Shown one piece after another: positions 24,030-33,700 of a stretch of 43,709 bases of DNA. Positions within the stretch are counted from its first letter, which is position 1, and every line of letters starts with the position of its first letter. The notes below the pieces were generated by a model. The model was given only the letters and a program-made list of their open reading frames with translations. It was not told the origin of the DNA and did not search any database. This DNA is from a virus (lineage: Duplodnaviria > Caudoviricetes). The position numbers and the translations under genes are program-made. Location: positions 1-43,709 of the IMG/VR virus record IMGVR_UViG_3300010376_000062, one strand, 5' to 3'.

Positions 24030-25898
24030 AGCGCGCTCGCCGCCGACGTCGACGTCGGCCAGGTGCTGCTGCGGGTCGTCGGCTCGAAGGTCGGCCGGGG
24101 CGCCGAGATCGAGGACCGGGTGACGAACGGGACGATCGCCCGGACGATGGACGGCGCCTCGACGCTGACGATCGTCGTCGACGACTCCGACCGGACGCTG
24201 CTCCGCTCCGGCGTCTTCAACACGCAGATCGACCTCCAGTACGGCGGCCTCTGGTGGCGGCTTGTCCAGGTGCAGAAGCAGGGGACGCAGCTGACGCTGA
24301 CCTTCGAGGACCGGATCGTCGCGCTGCTGCGGCAGATCACGACGCCGCGCAAGGCGGCCCGGGCGAAGATGACGAGGGCCGAGTTCGCGCTCTCGATCGT
24401 CCGCGAGGTCAAGCAGCCGGGCGGGCCGGTCCCGTTCGTCTGCCCCGAGCTGCACACGGTGCAGCCGATCGCCGCCGCCAGCCAGCGGCAGACGAGCTCG
24501 CAGCAGACCGCGCCGGGCGGCGGCGGCTTCGCCCCGGACGCGAGGCTGACCGTTAAGGGCGCGCCGGCGTCGGCGCAGCAGAAGGCGAACGCGCAGCGCT
24601 GCCTCGACGTCGCGAACTCGCTCGGCGCCTCCGGCCGGGCCGCGGTCGCGCTGATCGAGGCGGTGATCGTCGAGTCGACGATCACGAACCCGTCGTCGCC
24701 CTCGGCGGACGGCTACGGCTCGCGCGGGATTCTCCAGGTCCGCGACTCGACCGCGCAGGGGATGAACATCTCGAACACCGACATCGAGGCCTGCTGCAAC
24801 GCCTTCCTGACTCGCGGCTTCACCGGCCGCGGCGGCGCGATCGTGCTCGCCGCGAAGAACCCGTCATGGACGGCCGGGCAGATCGCGCAGGCCTGCCAGG
24901 GCTCGGCGTTCCCGACTCGCTACGACCAGTACCGGGCCGAGGCGGAACGCTGGGTGGCCGCCTACGGCGGCAGCCCGTCCGGCGGGACGGTCTCCACGAC
25001 GACGGTGGTGCCGTACACGTTCCAGCGCGGCGGCAGCGCCGGGCAGAAGGAGGACTCGTGGGCCTGCCTGCAGCGGCTCGCCCAGGAGGTCGGCTGGAAG
25101 TGCTTCGCCGCGGACGGCGCCGTCTACTTCGTCGCCGAGACGACGCTGGTCAAGGCGCGGCCCGCCGCCACGCTCAGCGAGGACACGGTCGGCGTCTCGA
25201 CGATCGACTTCGACGTCGACAACGGCAAGGCCTCGTCGCAGGCGACGGTGACCGCCCGCGCCTCGCGGCTCGCCTTCCCGCCCGGCTCGGTCGTCGTGCT
25301 CGACAACGTCGGCCCCGCCGACGGGCGCTGGCTCGTCGCCGACGTCAGCCGCGGCCTGTTCGACGCCCAGGCGACGCTGACCGTCAAGCGGGCGGTCAAG
25401 CCGCTGCCGGAGCCCGCCGCCGCCACGACGACGTCGACCTCGAGCTCCGGGGCCGTGCTCGGCTCCGGCTCGCCGCTGATCGACAAGGCCTACCAGGCGG
25501 CGCAGCAGATCGGCGCCAAGCGCTACCCGTACGTCTGGGGCGGCGGGCACGCGCACTGCGGCACGCCCGACCGGGGGACCGGCAAAGACCCGGGGATCGG
25601 CTTCGACTGCTCCGGCTCGACCTGCGCCGTGCTCGGGACGGCCGGGATGGGCTTCAAGCTGGGCGGCCCCGTCGATGTGTCCGGGGCGATCGCCGGGACC
25701 TGGGGCGACGCGGGCGAGGGGACGTACCTGACGGTCTGGGCGAACGCGATCCACGTCTGGATGGAGTTCAAGCCGCCCGGGCAGCCGCCGCAGCACTTCG
25801 GGACCGGCGACTGGGGCAAGGGCTGGGGCGGCGCCGGGTTCAACCCGCAGATGCACCCGAAGGGCGGGTTCACGCCCCGCCACTGGAAGGGCACGTGA
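24027..25898 (+). CDS. Baseplate hub with peptidoglycan hydrolase domains (C-terminal NlpC/P60)
   Basis: [16 protein letters not shown] hub motif; internal VES...GILQ lysozyme-like segment; PYVWGGGH...GFDCSG...HVW. Confidence 0.8.
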   Translation: MSALAADVDVGQVLLRVVGSKVGRGAEIEDRVTNGTIARTMDGASTLTIVVDDSDRTLLRSGVFNTQIDLQYGGLWWRLVQVQKQGTQLTLTFEDRIVALLRQITTPRKAARAKMTRAEFALSIVREVKQPGGPVPFVCPELHTVQPIAAASQRQTSSQQTAPGGGGFAPDARLTVKGAPASAQQKANAQRCLDVANSLGASGRAAVALIEAVIVESTITNPSSPSADGYGSRGILQVRDSTAQGMNISNTDIEACCNAFLTRGFTGRGGAIVLAAKNPSWTAGQIAQACQGSAFPTRYDQYRAEAERWVAAYGGSPSGGTVSTTTVVPYTFQRGGSAGQKEDSWACLQRLAQEVGWKCFAADGAVYFVAETTLVKARPAATLSEDTVGVSTIDFDVDNGKASSQATVTARASRLAFPPGSVVVLDNVGPADGRWLVADVSRGLFDAQATLTVKRAVKPLPEPAAATTTSTSSSGAVLGSGSPLIDKAYQAAQQIGAKRYPYVWGGGHAHCGTPDRGTGKDPGIGFDCSGSTCAVLGTAGMGFKLGGPVDVSGAIAGTWGDAGEGTYLTVWANAIHVWMEFKPPGQPPQHFGTGDWGKGWGGAGFNPQMHPKGGFTPRHWKGT

Positions 25899-27676
25899 AC
25901 CAGTCGCTGCTCGGCGAGCTGCTCGCCCGCGACCGGCCGCCGGTCGCCGCCGTCAAGGGCGTGATCGCGAACAGCCCGGCGACGATCGCCGACGACCTGT
26001 ACGTGACCGTCAAGGCGTTCGACGGCTCCCGGCAGACATGGGGGCCGTGCCAGTGGGTGCCGTCGAACGGGCTGCCGGCGAAGGGCGACGAGTGCCTGCT
26101 CGTCCTGACCGAGGACGACCAGACACCCTGGGCGCTGACGACGGCGCCGGTCTACGGGACCGGCGAACCGGGGCCGGTCGGCCCGGAAGGACCGGCGGGG
26201 CCGACGGGTCCTCAGGGCCCGCAGGGCGATCCTGGCCCGACCGGACCGACCGGCGCCACCGGCGCGACCGGGCCGCAGGGCGCGCAAGGCCCGAAGGGCG
26301 ACCCCGGCGCGACCGGCAACACCGGCGCGACCGGCCCTGCAGGCCCGACCGGCCCGCCTGGCGCCGACTCGACCGTTCCCGGCCCGGCAGGCCCGCAAGG
26401 CCCGAAGGGCGACCCCGGCGCGACCGGCAACACCGGCCCGACCGGCGCGACCGGGCCGCCAGGCCTGACCTGGCGCGGCGCCTGGGCGGCGGCGACCGCG
26501 TACGTCGTCAACGACGCCGTCACTTACGGCGGCTCGAGCTGGCGCCGCAAGGTGGCCGGGACGAGCCCCGGTTCGCCGGACACCGACCCGACGAACTGGG
26601 AGCTGCTCGCGCAGGTCGGCGCGACGGGGCCGACGGGCGCGACTGGTCCTGCGGGGCCGACGGGCGCGACGGGCGCGCAGGGGCCGAAGGGCGACCCGGG
26701 CGCGACTGGCGCCACGGGGGCAACCGGGCCGCAGGGCAACCCCGGGGCGACAGGGGCGACCGGCCCGACCGGCCCGACCGGCCCGGGTGTCGCCGCGGGC
26801 GGTGCCGCCGGGCAGGTGCTCTCGAAGAAGAGCGCCACCGACTACGACACGCAGTGGGTCGCGCAGAGCGGCGGGATCCCGCCGGTCGTGAACGGCCAGT
26901 GGATCAAGGGCGTCGGCGGGGCGGCAGTCTGGTCGCCGATCGCCGACGCCGACGTGCCCGCGCTGGTGACCGGGTCGGGGCGGCTCGGCCAGAAGGGCGT
27001 CTCGATCACCGACTGGAACGCCGTCTACACGAACGGCTGGTACATGGCGGCCGGGGCGGCGAACGCGCCGAACGAGGCAGCCGGTGCCTGGTTGATCGGG
27101 ATCGTGACCGTCCACGACAACCAGTTCCCGTCGACGAACACCTGGGTCACGCAGCGGGTCTGGTGCTTCACCGACGACGGCAACAGCCTGGCCCGGATCT
27201 GGGAGCGGCGGGCGACCGGCGCCGGAGCGTGGGGCTACTGGCGGGAAGTGAACCCGATCCTGCCGGTGATCTCGTCGAACGCGCAGCACACGACCGGCAA
27301 CTACGGCTACCAGGACACCGGCCAGCGCGGCTCGCTGCCCTGGATGAACTGCTCGGGGCAGGGTCCCGGTCACGGCTACGACGGGCCGAACTGGCAGGTC
27401 AAGATCCTCGGCTATCTCTGGTCGAACCAGTCGAACGCGTACGGCAACTTCAAGCTGCGCTGGGAGGCCGGGTACAACGGCCAGGGTGCGTCGGCCTCCG
27501 CCGACGCCTACACGTCCGCGATCACCTGCCAGACGTCGCCCGTCCACTACGACTCCGGCTGGGTGGTGCTGCCGAAGTACGCCTACGACTGGATCAACCT
27601 GATCATCCAGACGCAGGCCGACAACACCGGCCAGCAGACCTACTCGCACCTGTCCGTCCTTGCCATGCAGCTCTGA
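25895..27676 (+). CDS. Baseplate spike (gpV-like N-terminus) fused to collagen repeats and receptor-binding domains
   Basis: [12 protein letters not shown]-fold pattern; long Gly-X-Y runs; [20 protein letters not shown] (CBM5/12-like); [11 protein letters not shown] knob-like segment. Confidence 0.72.
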   Translation: MNQSLLGELLARDRPPVAAVKGVIANSPATIADDLYVTVKAFDGSRQTWGPCQWVPSNGLPAKGDECLLVLTEDDQTPWALTTAPVYGTGEPGPVGPEGPAGPTGPQGPQGDPGPTGPTGATGATGPQGAQGPKGDPGATGNTGATGPAGPTGPPGADSTVPGPAGPQGPKGDPGATGNTGPTGATGPPGLTWRGAWAAATAYVVNDAVTYGGSSWRRKVAGTSPGSPDTDPTNWELLAQVGATGPTGATGPAGPTGATGAQGPKGDPGATGATGATGPQGNPGATGATGPTGPTGPGVAAGGAAGQVLSKKSATDYDTQWVAQSGGIPPVVNGQWIKGVGGAAVWSPIADADVPALVTGSGRLGQKGVSITDWNAVYTNGWYMAAGAANAPNEAAGAWLIGIVTVHDNQFPSTNTWVTQRVWCFTDDGNSLARIWERRATGAGAWGYWREVNPILPVISSNAQHTTGNYGYQDTGQRGSLPWMNCSGQGPGHGYDGPNWQVKILGYLWSNQSNAYGNFKLRWEAGYNGQGASASADAYTSAITCQTSPVHYDSGWVVLPKYAYDWINLIIQTQADNTGQQTYSHLSVLAMQL

Positions 27677-27689
27677 AAGGGGAAAGCGG

Positions 27690-27869
27690 ATGCAGATCAA
27701 CGCGACCGTCAACTACGCCGAAGGCGACGACACGAGCCGCACCCCGGACGAGCTGGCGTCCGGGTTCCTGATGGCGGCTGGTGGCGACGAGACGAAGGAC
27801 CACTGCCTCGTCACCGTGTTCCTCCCGTCCGGGCAGTTCGGGACGACCGCCCCGCCGCCGCAACCGTGA
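27690..27869 (+). CDS. Hypothetical protein
   Basis: MQINATVNYAEG...; its stop overlaps the next start. Confidence 0.55.
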   Translation: MQINATVNYAEGDDTSRTPDELASGFLMAAGGDETKDHCLVTVFLPSGQFGTTAPPPQP

Positions 27870-28186
27870 CCGACGTGCCGCACTTCTCGCTGCCGTTCCG
27901 GTTCGCGGGCGGGAACGCCGCCGAGACGGAGCAGGACTCGCTCGACGAGATCGCCGACTGCTGCTACGCGATCCTCGTCTGCCCGGTCGGCTTCCGGGTC
28001 GAGCTGCCCGCGTTCGGGATCACCGACCCGGCGTTCACGCTGCCCGGGCCCGACGTGGACGAGATCCGGCTGGCGCTGGAGACTTGGGAGCCGAGGGCGG
28101 TCGCCGTGCTCGAGGAGCACCCGGACGCGATCGACGAGCTGGTCGCCCGAGTGCAGGTGTCGGTCCAGGTGAGATCGGAGGTCTAG
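27866..28186 (+). CDS. Baseplate wedge protein (gp25/GPW-like)
   Basis: HFSLPFRF, G.R.E.P.FG, WEPR. Confidence 0.8.
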   Translation: MTDVPHFSLPFRFAGGNAAETEQDSLDEIADCCYAILVCPVGFRVELPAFGITDPAFTLPGPDVDEIRLALETWEPRAVAVLEEHPDAIDELVARVQVSVQVRSEV

Positions 28187-29365
28187 ATGAGCTCGTACAT
28201 CCCGCTGCCGCTCGACACGTCGCCGGTCGACCTGGCCGGGGAGGCGTTCGACTACCTGCAGCAGCAGGTGCCGAACTGGCAGCCGTCGAACGGCAACCTC
28301 GACGCCTGGCTGGTCGAGGCGCTGGCCCAGATCGCCGCCGAGAACGCCACCCTGGCCGGCCTCGTCCCCGACCAGGTGTTCGCCTACTTCGGCGGCTCGG
28401 TGCTCGGGCTGCCACAGCACAACGCGCTCCAGGCGCAGGCGTCGACGACCTGGACGGCGGCCGATAACGCCGGGTACACGATCCAGGCCGGGACGGTGAT
28501 CGCGGTCACGCCGCCGGCGTCGCCGACCAGCTACGCGTTCGCGGTCGCCGAGGACGTGCTGATCCTGCAGGGGCAGACGCAGGCGGCCGGGGTCGTCTGC
28601 ACGGCGCTCGAGGCCGGGGCGGCCGCCTCCGACCTGACCGGGACGGTCTCGGTGATCGACGCGCTCTCATTCATCGCCACGGTGACGCTCGACCGGCCGA
28701 CCTCGGGCGGCGTCGACGCGGAGACGATGGACGCCTACCTGTCGCGCCTGTCGGCGTTGCTGACGCTGCTGACGCCGCGGCCGATCCTGCCGCAGGACTT
28801 CGCCGTGCTCGCCCAGCAGTCGATCGCCGGCGTTGCGAGGGCGACGGCGATCGACCTCTACAACCCGGGCCCGCCGATCGACACGAACTGCCCGCGCTGC
28901 GTGACCGTCGCGATCTGCGACGCGGCCGGGAACCCGTGCCCGGCCCAGGTGAAGTCCGACGTCGACGCGCTCCTGCAGTCGGCCCGCGAGGTCAACTTCC
29001 TCGTCTTCGTCGTCGACCCGACGTACACGCAGATCGACGTCAACTTCGCCGCGCACTCGTTCCACGCCTACGACCCGGCCGACGTGCAGGCGCGCGCGAT
29101 CGCCGCCGTGCAGAACTACCTGCTGCCCGCGAAGTGGGGCGTACCCCCGTTCGGCGACACGTCCGGCCGCTCCTGGCTGAACCGGCCGGTCGTCCGGCAC
29201 AACGAGCTGATCGCGGAGGTCGACCGCGTCGAGGGCGTCGACTACGTCGACACGGTGCAGCTCGCCGTCTCCGGGCAGGCGCTTGGGACCGCCGACGTCG
29301 CGCTGACCGGGATCGCGCCGATGGCGCAGGCCGGGACGATCACCGGGACGGTGACCGCGGAGTGA
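28187..29365 (+). CDS. Baseplate J-like protein
   Basis: GYTIQAGT, GGVDAET..AY..R, GVARA, VEGVDYV. Confidence 0.88.
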   Translation: MSSYIPLPLDTSPVDLAGEAFDYLQQQVPNWQPSNGNLDAWLVEALAQIAAENATLAGLVPDQVFAYFGGSVLGLPQHNALQAQASTTWTAADNAGYTIQAGTVIAVTPPASPTSYAFAVAEDVLILQGQTQAAGVVCTALEAGAAASDLTGTVSVIDALSFIATVTLDRPTSGGVDAETMDAYLSRLSALLTLLTPRPILPQDFAVLAQQSIAGVARATAIDLYNPGPPIDTNCPRCVTVAICDAAGNPCPAQVKSDVDALLQSAREVNFLVFVVDPTYTQIDVNFAAHSFHAYDPADVQARAIAAVQNYLLPAKWGVPPFGDTSGRSWLNRPVVRHNELIAEVDRVEGVDYVDTVQLAVSGQALGTADVALTGIAPMAQAGTITGTVTAE

Positions 29366-30024
29366 GCGTGCCGCCCGCACAGCTCGCCCCATCGAGCTTC
29401 GCGGAGCGGCTGTACGCGGCGCTCGAGCCGCTCGCCGACCAGGACGAGCAGAACGGCTGGGCGCTGCTGATCTACTGCAACGCGATCGGGGCGATGTTCC
29501 AGCAGGTCGAGGAGCTCGTCCGGGACACCGACGCCGGCGACCCCGGCTGGACGCTGCTGCTCGACCTCAACCGCTGCCCGACCGACGCCCTGCCCTGGCT
29601 CGCCCAGTTCGCCGGCGTCCGGCTGCTCCCGAACTCGTCCGACGCCGACATGCGCGCCCGGATCGCCTCGACGGACGGGTTCCGGCGCGGCACCCGGGCG
29701 GCGATGGTCGGCGCGGCCGCCGCCACGCTGACCGGCGCCCAGACGGTCGTCTTCCGGGAACGGGACGGGGCCGCGCAGGGCTTCCCGGCGGCGCCTGACT
29801 ACGCCTACTACGTGACCGTGCGGACATACGCCCCGCAGACCCCGGACCCGGCGGCGACGCTGCGGGCGCTGCTGGCGCAGAAGCCCGGCGGGATCGTCCT
29901 CGCCTACGACGGGACCGCGACCGGCCAGATCTACGCGCAGCTGCGCGACAACCACGTCGACTACGCGGCCGTCAACACCGTCTATCCGAGCTACGCCGCC
30001 GCCCGCGACGACATGCCAGCGTGA
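29362..30024 (+). CDS. Baseplate/tail protein I (P2 gpI-like)
   Basis: CP..ALPWLAQFAGV, RRGT; follows baseplate J. Confidence 0.78.
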   Translation: MSVPPAQLAPSSFAERLYAALEPLADQDEQNGWALLIYCNAIGAMFQQVEELVRDTDAGDPGWTLLLDLNRCPTDALPWLAQFAGVRLLPNSSDADMRARIASTDGFRRGTRAAMVGAAAATLTGAQTVVFRERDGAAQGFPAAPDYAYYVTVRTYAPQTPDPAATLRALLAQKPGGIVLAYDGTATGQIYAQLRDNHVDYAAVNTVYPSYAAARDDMPA

Positions 30025-30034
30025 GGAGGAGCCG

Positions 30035-30820
30035 ATGAGCCAGCCGACCCCCGAGCAGCAGAAGGCGACGACGCCAACCTGGGGGCTGCCGTACCCGAAC
30101 GAGACGGACCCGGCCGACGTGCCGACCGACCTGGCGGCGCTCTGCAACCGGCTCGAGACGGTGCTCTCGCAGATCCGCTCGGGCGGCTCGATCCCGGGCG
30201 AGGTGAAGATGTGGTCGGGCTCGGCGCTGCCGGCGCCGGCGACCTACGGCACCTGGGTCTGGGCCGACGGAGCCGCCTACGACGCCGCGACCTACCCGAT
30301 CGCCGCGGCCGCGATCGCCGCCGCCTGGAAGACGCACGGCGGCAAGGCCGACCCGGGAGCGGGCAAGTTCCGGGTGCCCGACCTGCGCGGCCAGACGCCG
30401 ATCGGCCTCGACGCGATGCCGGGCGGCGCCCGCGCCAACCGGATCACCCGTTCGATCGCCGCGACGCTGGCCGGTGTGACCGGCGAGGAGTACCACGCGC
30501 TCGTCGTCGCCGAGCAGCCCGTGCACAACCACGGGATCAGCGACCCCGGCCACGCGCACGGCGTCAGCGACGGCGGCCACTACCACACGCTCGGCGGCGG
30601 CACGAACCAGTCCGTCAACCAGCCCGGCACCGGCGCCCCGGGCGGCTACGGCGGCGGCTTCCTCCCGTCCGGCGACGGCAACACGAACAGCGTCACGACC
30701 GGGATCGGCGTCGCCGCAGCCGGGACCGGCGTCTCGGTCGGCAACTCCGGCTCGGGCGGCGCGCACGAGAACCTGCCGACGACGACGTTCGTGCCGTACA
30801 TCGTCAAGCTCGACAACTAG
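30035..30820 (+). CDS. Tail fibre protein with collar domain
   Basis: PGEVKMW, W..ADG, FRVPDLRG, HxH repeats, AHENLP...YIVK. Confidence 0.82.
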   Translation: MSQPTPEQQKATTPTWGLPYPNETDPADVPTDLAALCNRLETVLSQIRSGGSIPGEVKMWSGSALPAPATYGTWVWADGAAYDAATYPIAAAAIAAAWKTHGGKADPGAGKFRVPDLRGQTPIGLDAMPGGARANRITRSIAATLAGVTGEEYHALVVAEQPVHNHGISDPGHAHGVSDGGHYHTLGGGTNQSVNQPGTGAPGGYGGGFLPSGDGNTNSVTTGIGVAAAGTGVSVGNSGSGGAHENLPTTTFVPYIVKLDN

Positions 30821-30829
30821 GAGGAGGCG

Positions 30830-31261
30830 ATGAGCAGCTACTACGCGAACCTCGACCTCGAGAGCTACGACGCGCAGCAGGCGAACTACGCCGAGCAGAT
30901 GAACGCCTGGAACGCGCAGAAGACCACGATCGAGGCGGCGAACGAGCAGACGCAGGCCGACTACGAGGCGGCGCACGCCGCCTGGGAGCAGACCCCGGCC
31001 GACAGCGAAGGCAACCCGATCGCCGAGCCGGTCGCCCCGACCCCGCAGCCGGTCCCGGCGCAGCCGGTCGCCCCGTCCGAGCCGACGACGACGTACACGA
31101 CCCGGACGGTGACCACGCCCGAAGAGCTGACGACGCCGCACGGCGTCGCGCTCGTCCTGCCCGGCCTCCTGGTCGTCACCAGCTCGAGCGGCGAGGACCG
31201 GGCGATGAACGCGGACGACTTCGCCCGCGCGTACACCGAGACGAGCGAGGTGACGCCATGA
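30830..31261 (+). CDS. Hypothetical protein (possible fibre chaperone)
   Basis: GGAGG SD; position after the fibre gene. Confidence 0.55.
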   Translation: MSSYYANLDLESYDAQQANYAEQMNAWNAQKTTIEAANEQTQADYEAAHAAWEQTPADSEGNPIAEPVAPTPQPVPAQPVAPSEPTTTYTTRTVTTPEELTTPHGVALVLPGLLVVTSSSGEDRAMNADDFARAYTETSEVTP

Positions 31262-32208
31262 GCGAGTGGTGGGAGAAGGGCTACCCGGGCGGGCCGATGG
31301 TCAGCGTGAAGGGGTTCCCGCGGCCGCTCTACCCGCCCGACGCGAAGGGCTACCCGCCCTCCTCGGACGGGCCGGACGTCGAGGCCTACAAGCGGACCGT
31401 CTCGCGGGCCGGGCGCTGGCCGTGGCAGACGTTCGACCGGGCCTACTCGAACGGGTTCGCGCACGGCAAGCCCGGCGGCAACGTCCCCGAGACGGGGATC
31501 GCCGGGTGCCAGCGGCAGCTCGGGATCCAGGCGACCGGGTTCGTCGGCCAGGCGACGTTCAACGGGCTGCGCTCGATCCGGATCCCGGCCGGGCTGCCGC
31601 ACGCCGGCGAGCCGGCGATGGACGCGACCGCCGTCAAGCTGATCAACCAGGCGTACGACCAGTTCCAGAAGCCGCCGCCGAGCCAGAAGCCGCCCGCTCT
31701 CTCGCGGAAGGCGATGCCGTCGCCGAACTGGAGCTCCCGCGGCGGCTCCGCGGTGCGGCTGATCGTGCTGCACACCGCCGAGGGCGCGACGACGATCGAG
31801 TCGCTCGGGAACTGGTTCGCGAACCCGGCGAACGCCGTCAGCTCGCACACCGGGATCGACGACAAGCTCGGGATCGTCGGCGAGTACGTGCAACGCTCCG
31901 GCAAGGCCTGGACGGCCGCGAACGCGAACCCGGTCGCCGTCCAGACGGAGCTGTGCGCGTTCGCCAAGTGGTCGACCGCCGAGTGGAACAAGCACCCGAA
32001 CATGCTCGAGAACTGCGCCCGCTGGATCGCCGAGGAGGCGCGCGCGTACGGGATCCCGGTCGTCAAGCTGTCCGCCTCGCAGGCCCAGTCGGGCGGCCGC
32101 GGCGTCTGCCAGCACAACGACCTCGGCTCGTGGGGCGGCGGCCACTGGGACTGCGGCAGCGGCTTCCCGATCGACAGCGTGATCGCGAGAGCAAAGGAGC
32201 TGCTATGA
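31258..32208 (+). CDS. Endolysin: PG-binding-like N-terminus + N-acetylmuramoyl-L-alanine amidase (Amidase_2)
   Basis: SPNWSSR, LIVLHTAEG, SSH, AWTA, E, QH.DL...HWDCG. Confidence 0.85.
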   Translation: MSEWWEKGYPGGPMVSVKGFPRPLYPPDAKGYPPSSDGPDVEAYKRTVSRAGRWPWQTFDRAYSNGFAHGKPGGNVPETGIAGCQRQLGIQATGFVGQATFNGLRSIRIPAGLPHAGEPAMDATAVKLINQAYDQFQKPPPSQKPPALSRKAMPSPNWSSRGGSAVRLIVLHTAEGATTIESLGNWFANPANAVSSHTGIDDKLGIVGEYVQRSGKAWTAANANPVAVQTELCAFAKWSTAEWNKHPNMLENCARWIAEEARAYGIPVVKLSASQAQSGGRGVCQHNDLGSWGGGHWDCGSGFPIDSVIARAKELL

Positions 32209-32324
32209 GCGACGAAGAGCCGCCCGTCGACGTCGACCAGGTGGAAGGGCTCGAGTGGCCGGGACCGGCCGACGAGCCGGACGAGGAGCCGAGCCACGCC
32301 GGGCCTGAAGGCGACGGCCTGTGA
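32205..32324 (+). CDS. Small acidic protein
   Basis: AAGGAG SD; overlaps both neighbouring genes. Confidence 0.5.
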   Translation: MSDEEPPVDVDQVEGLEWPGPADEPDEEPSHAGPEGDGL

Positions 32325-32527
32325 CGCACCACCCGCTGACCGGCCTCGTGTTCCTGGCGCTGCTCGGGCTGATCGCGATCACCGGGATGATCGTCGGGGC
32401 GATCCTGGCCGCGAACGACTACAGCTCGGCCGGCGCCTTCTCGATCGCCTCGGCCTGCGTCGGCGTGCTCGGCACGCTCGCGGCGCAGCAGGTGCACCTG
32501 AACGGGCAGCCGCCGCCCGACGAGTGA
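32321..32527 (+). CDS. Holin-like protein (2 TM)
   Basis: Two hydrophobic segments, next to the lysin. Confidence 0.6.
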   Translation: MTHHPLTGLVFLALLGLIAITGMIVGAILAANDYSSAGAFSIASACVGVLGTLAAQQVHLNGQPPPDE

Positions 32528-32709
32528 TCGGCTACTCCGACCCGGTGCTGATCACCGCGGTCTTCGTCGGATTCTTCCTCGTGCTCGCGCTGATCGTGGT
32601 CGGCCGGACGATGTTCCGGCCGAGGGACCCGCCGAAGGCGCACCGCTTCCGGGTCGGCGTGTTCGTCGAGCGCGACCGCGACGAGGAGAAGCCGCCGCCG
32701 GGCCCGTAG
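32524..32709 (+). CDS. Lysis-cassette membrane protein (1 TM)
   Basis: One hydrophobic segment and a charged tail. Confidence 0.55.
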   Translation: MIGYSDPVLITAVFVGFFLVLALIVVGRTMFRPRDPPKAHRFRVGVFVERDRDEEKPPPGP

Positions 32710-32901
32710 AGGCCCAGAGCCGCCGAAAACCGGCAACCAATCACCCGCCCGACTTCGTTTCGTCGCCTCTCCGTCGCTTACACGCGGCCGGATTCGCCGG
32801 GCGGCGACGGAAAATCGCGCAACGTGCGGCTCCGGCGTCAGGCCGGGAACGGGCGTTCCCGTCAGAGGCCGTCAGAGGCCGACATGTAGTGCACGCCCGC
32901 C

Positions 32902-32931
32902 TTGCGTCGTCGTGTGGTGACGATGTAGTGT
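32902..32931 (+). promoter_or_regulatory. Putative promoter of the xis-int operon
   Basis: TTGCGT -18 nt- TAGTGT, flanked and overlapped by ATGTAGTGnnCGCC direct repeats. Confidence 0.5.
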
Positions 32932-33048
32932 CCGCCGTTCGTCCATGCCGCGAGCGAGGGGCTAAGCCGGAGAAGGCAGACCGTTCGCCCGACTAGCAGT
33001 TGCGGCTGGTGAAGCCGACTCGCCCAGGGCGGCATGGGTGGCTAGGGG

Positions 33049-33465
33049 GTGCACGTGGCACTCGATCTGTTGACGATCGCCGACTTCGCCGCCGAGACGA
33101 AGGTGTCGCGGCGAACCGTCGAGCGCTGGATCTCGGAGGGCAAGCTCGCGGTGGTGCTGCTCAACGGCACCCGGACGGCCGGCTCGGTCCGGATCAAGCG
33201 CAGCGAGGCCGAGCGCTTCAAGCGCCGCCGCGCCGTCCGGTTCGCGAAGAAGGCCGCCATCGACGCCGCCGTCGCCGTGCTGCTGTTCCTGGCCGTGACG
33301 GCCGTGCTCGCGGCCGCGAGCTGGGACCCGGCCGAGCGGGTGATGACCAGGCTCCACGTCGGCTGGTGGCCCGGGATCGACCACCGGGACCATGACCCGC
33401 ACGGGATCGAGCCGAGGGGCGGCGACCACGACCTCGACAACGCCTACACGCTGGTACGGGCGTGA
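33049..33465 (+). CDS. Excisionase-like HTH protein with C-terminal hydrophobic segment
   Basis: LLTIADFA...VSRRTVERWISEGKL (HTH_17 pattern). Confidence 0.65.
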   Translation: MHVALDLLTIADFAAETKVSRRTVERWISEGKLAVVLLNGTRTAGSVRIKRSEAERFKRRRAVRFAKKAAIDAAVAVLLFLAVTAVLAAASWDPAERVMTRLHVGWWPGIDHRDHDPHGIEPRGGDHDLDNAYTLVRA

Positions 33466-33665
33466 GCGCCGTGGCCGAGCGCTACGTCGACGCCGCCGAG
33501 CTGGCCGGGCTGATGGGCGTCTCCCGGAACACGATCAAGCGCTGGACGGCCGAGGGGATGCCGTCGCAGACCTGGGGGCTGCGGGTCCGCCGCTACCGGC
33601 TGTCGGAGGCGACGTCCTGGGCCGCGAAACGAGGTAGAGTCGGTGAAAGCCGGGATCGCACGTGA
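33462..33665 (+). CDS. Excisionase/AlpA-like HTH protein
   Basis: YVDAAELAGLMGVSRNTIKRW...GMP...RRY. Confidence 0.75.
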   Translation: MSAVAERYVDAAELAGLMGVSRNTIKRWTAEGMPSQTWGLRVRRYRLSEATSWAAKRGRVGESRDRT

Positions 33666-33700
33666 CCGCGACCCGGGAACCGACCAAAGGAGTAGCCCTC

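Noticed and set aside
26160-26790. Duplicated blocks in the fibre gene as DGR template/variable repeats
   Set aside because: They are collagen Gly-X-Y duplications; no reverse transcriptase in the genome.
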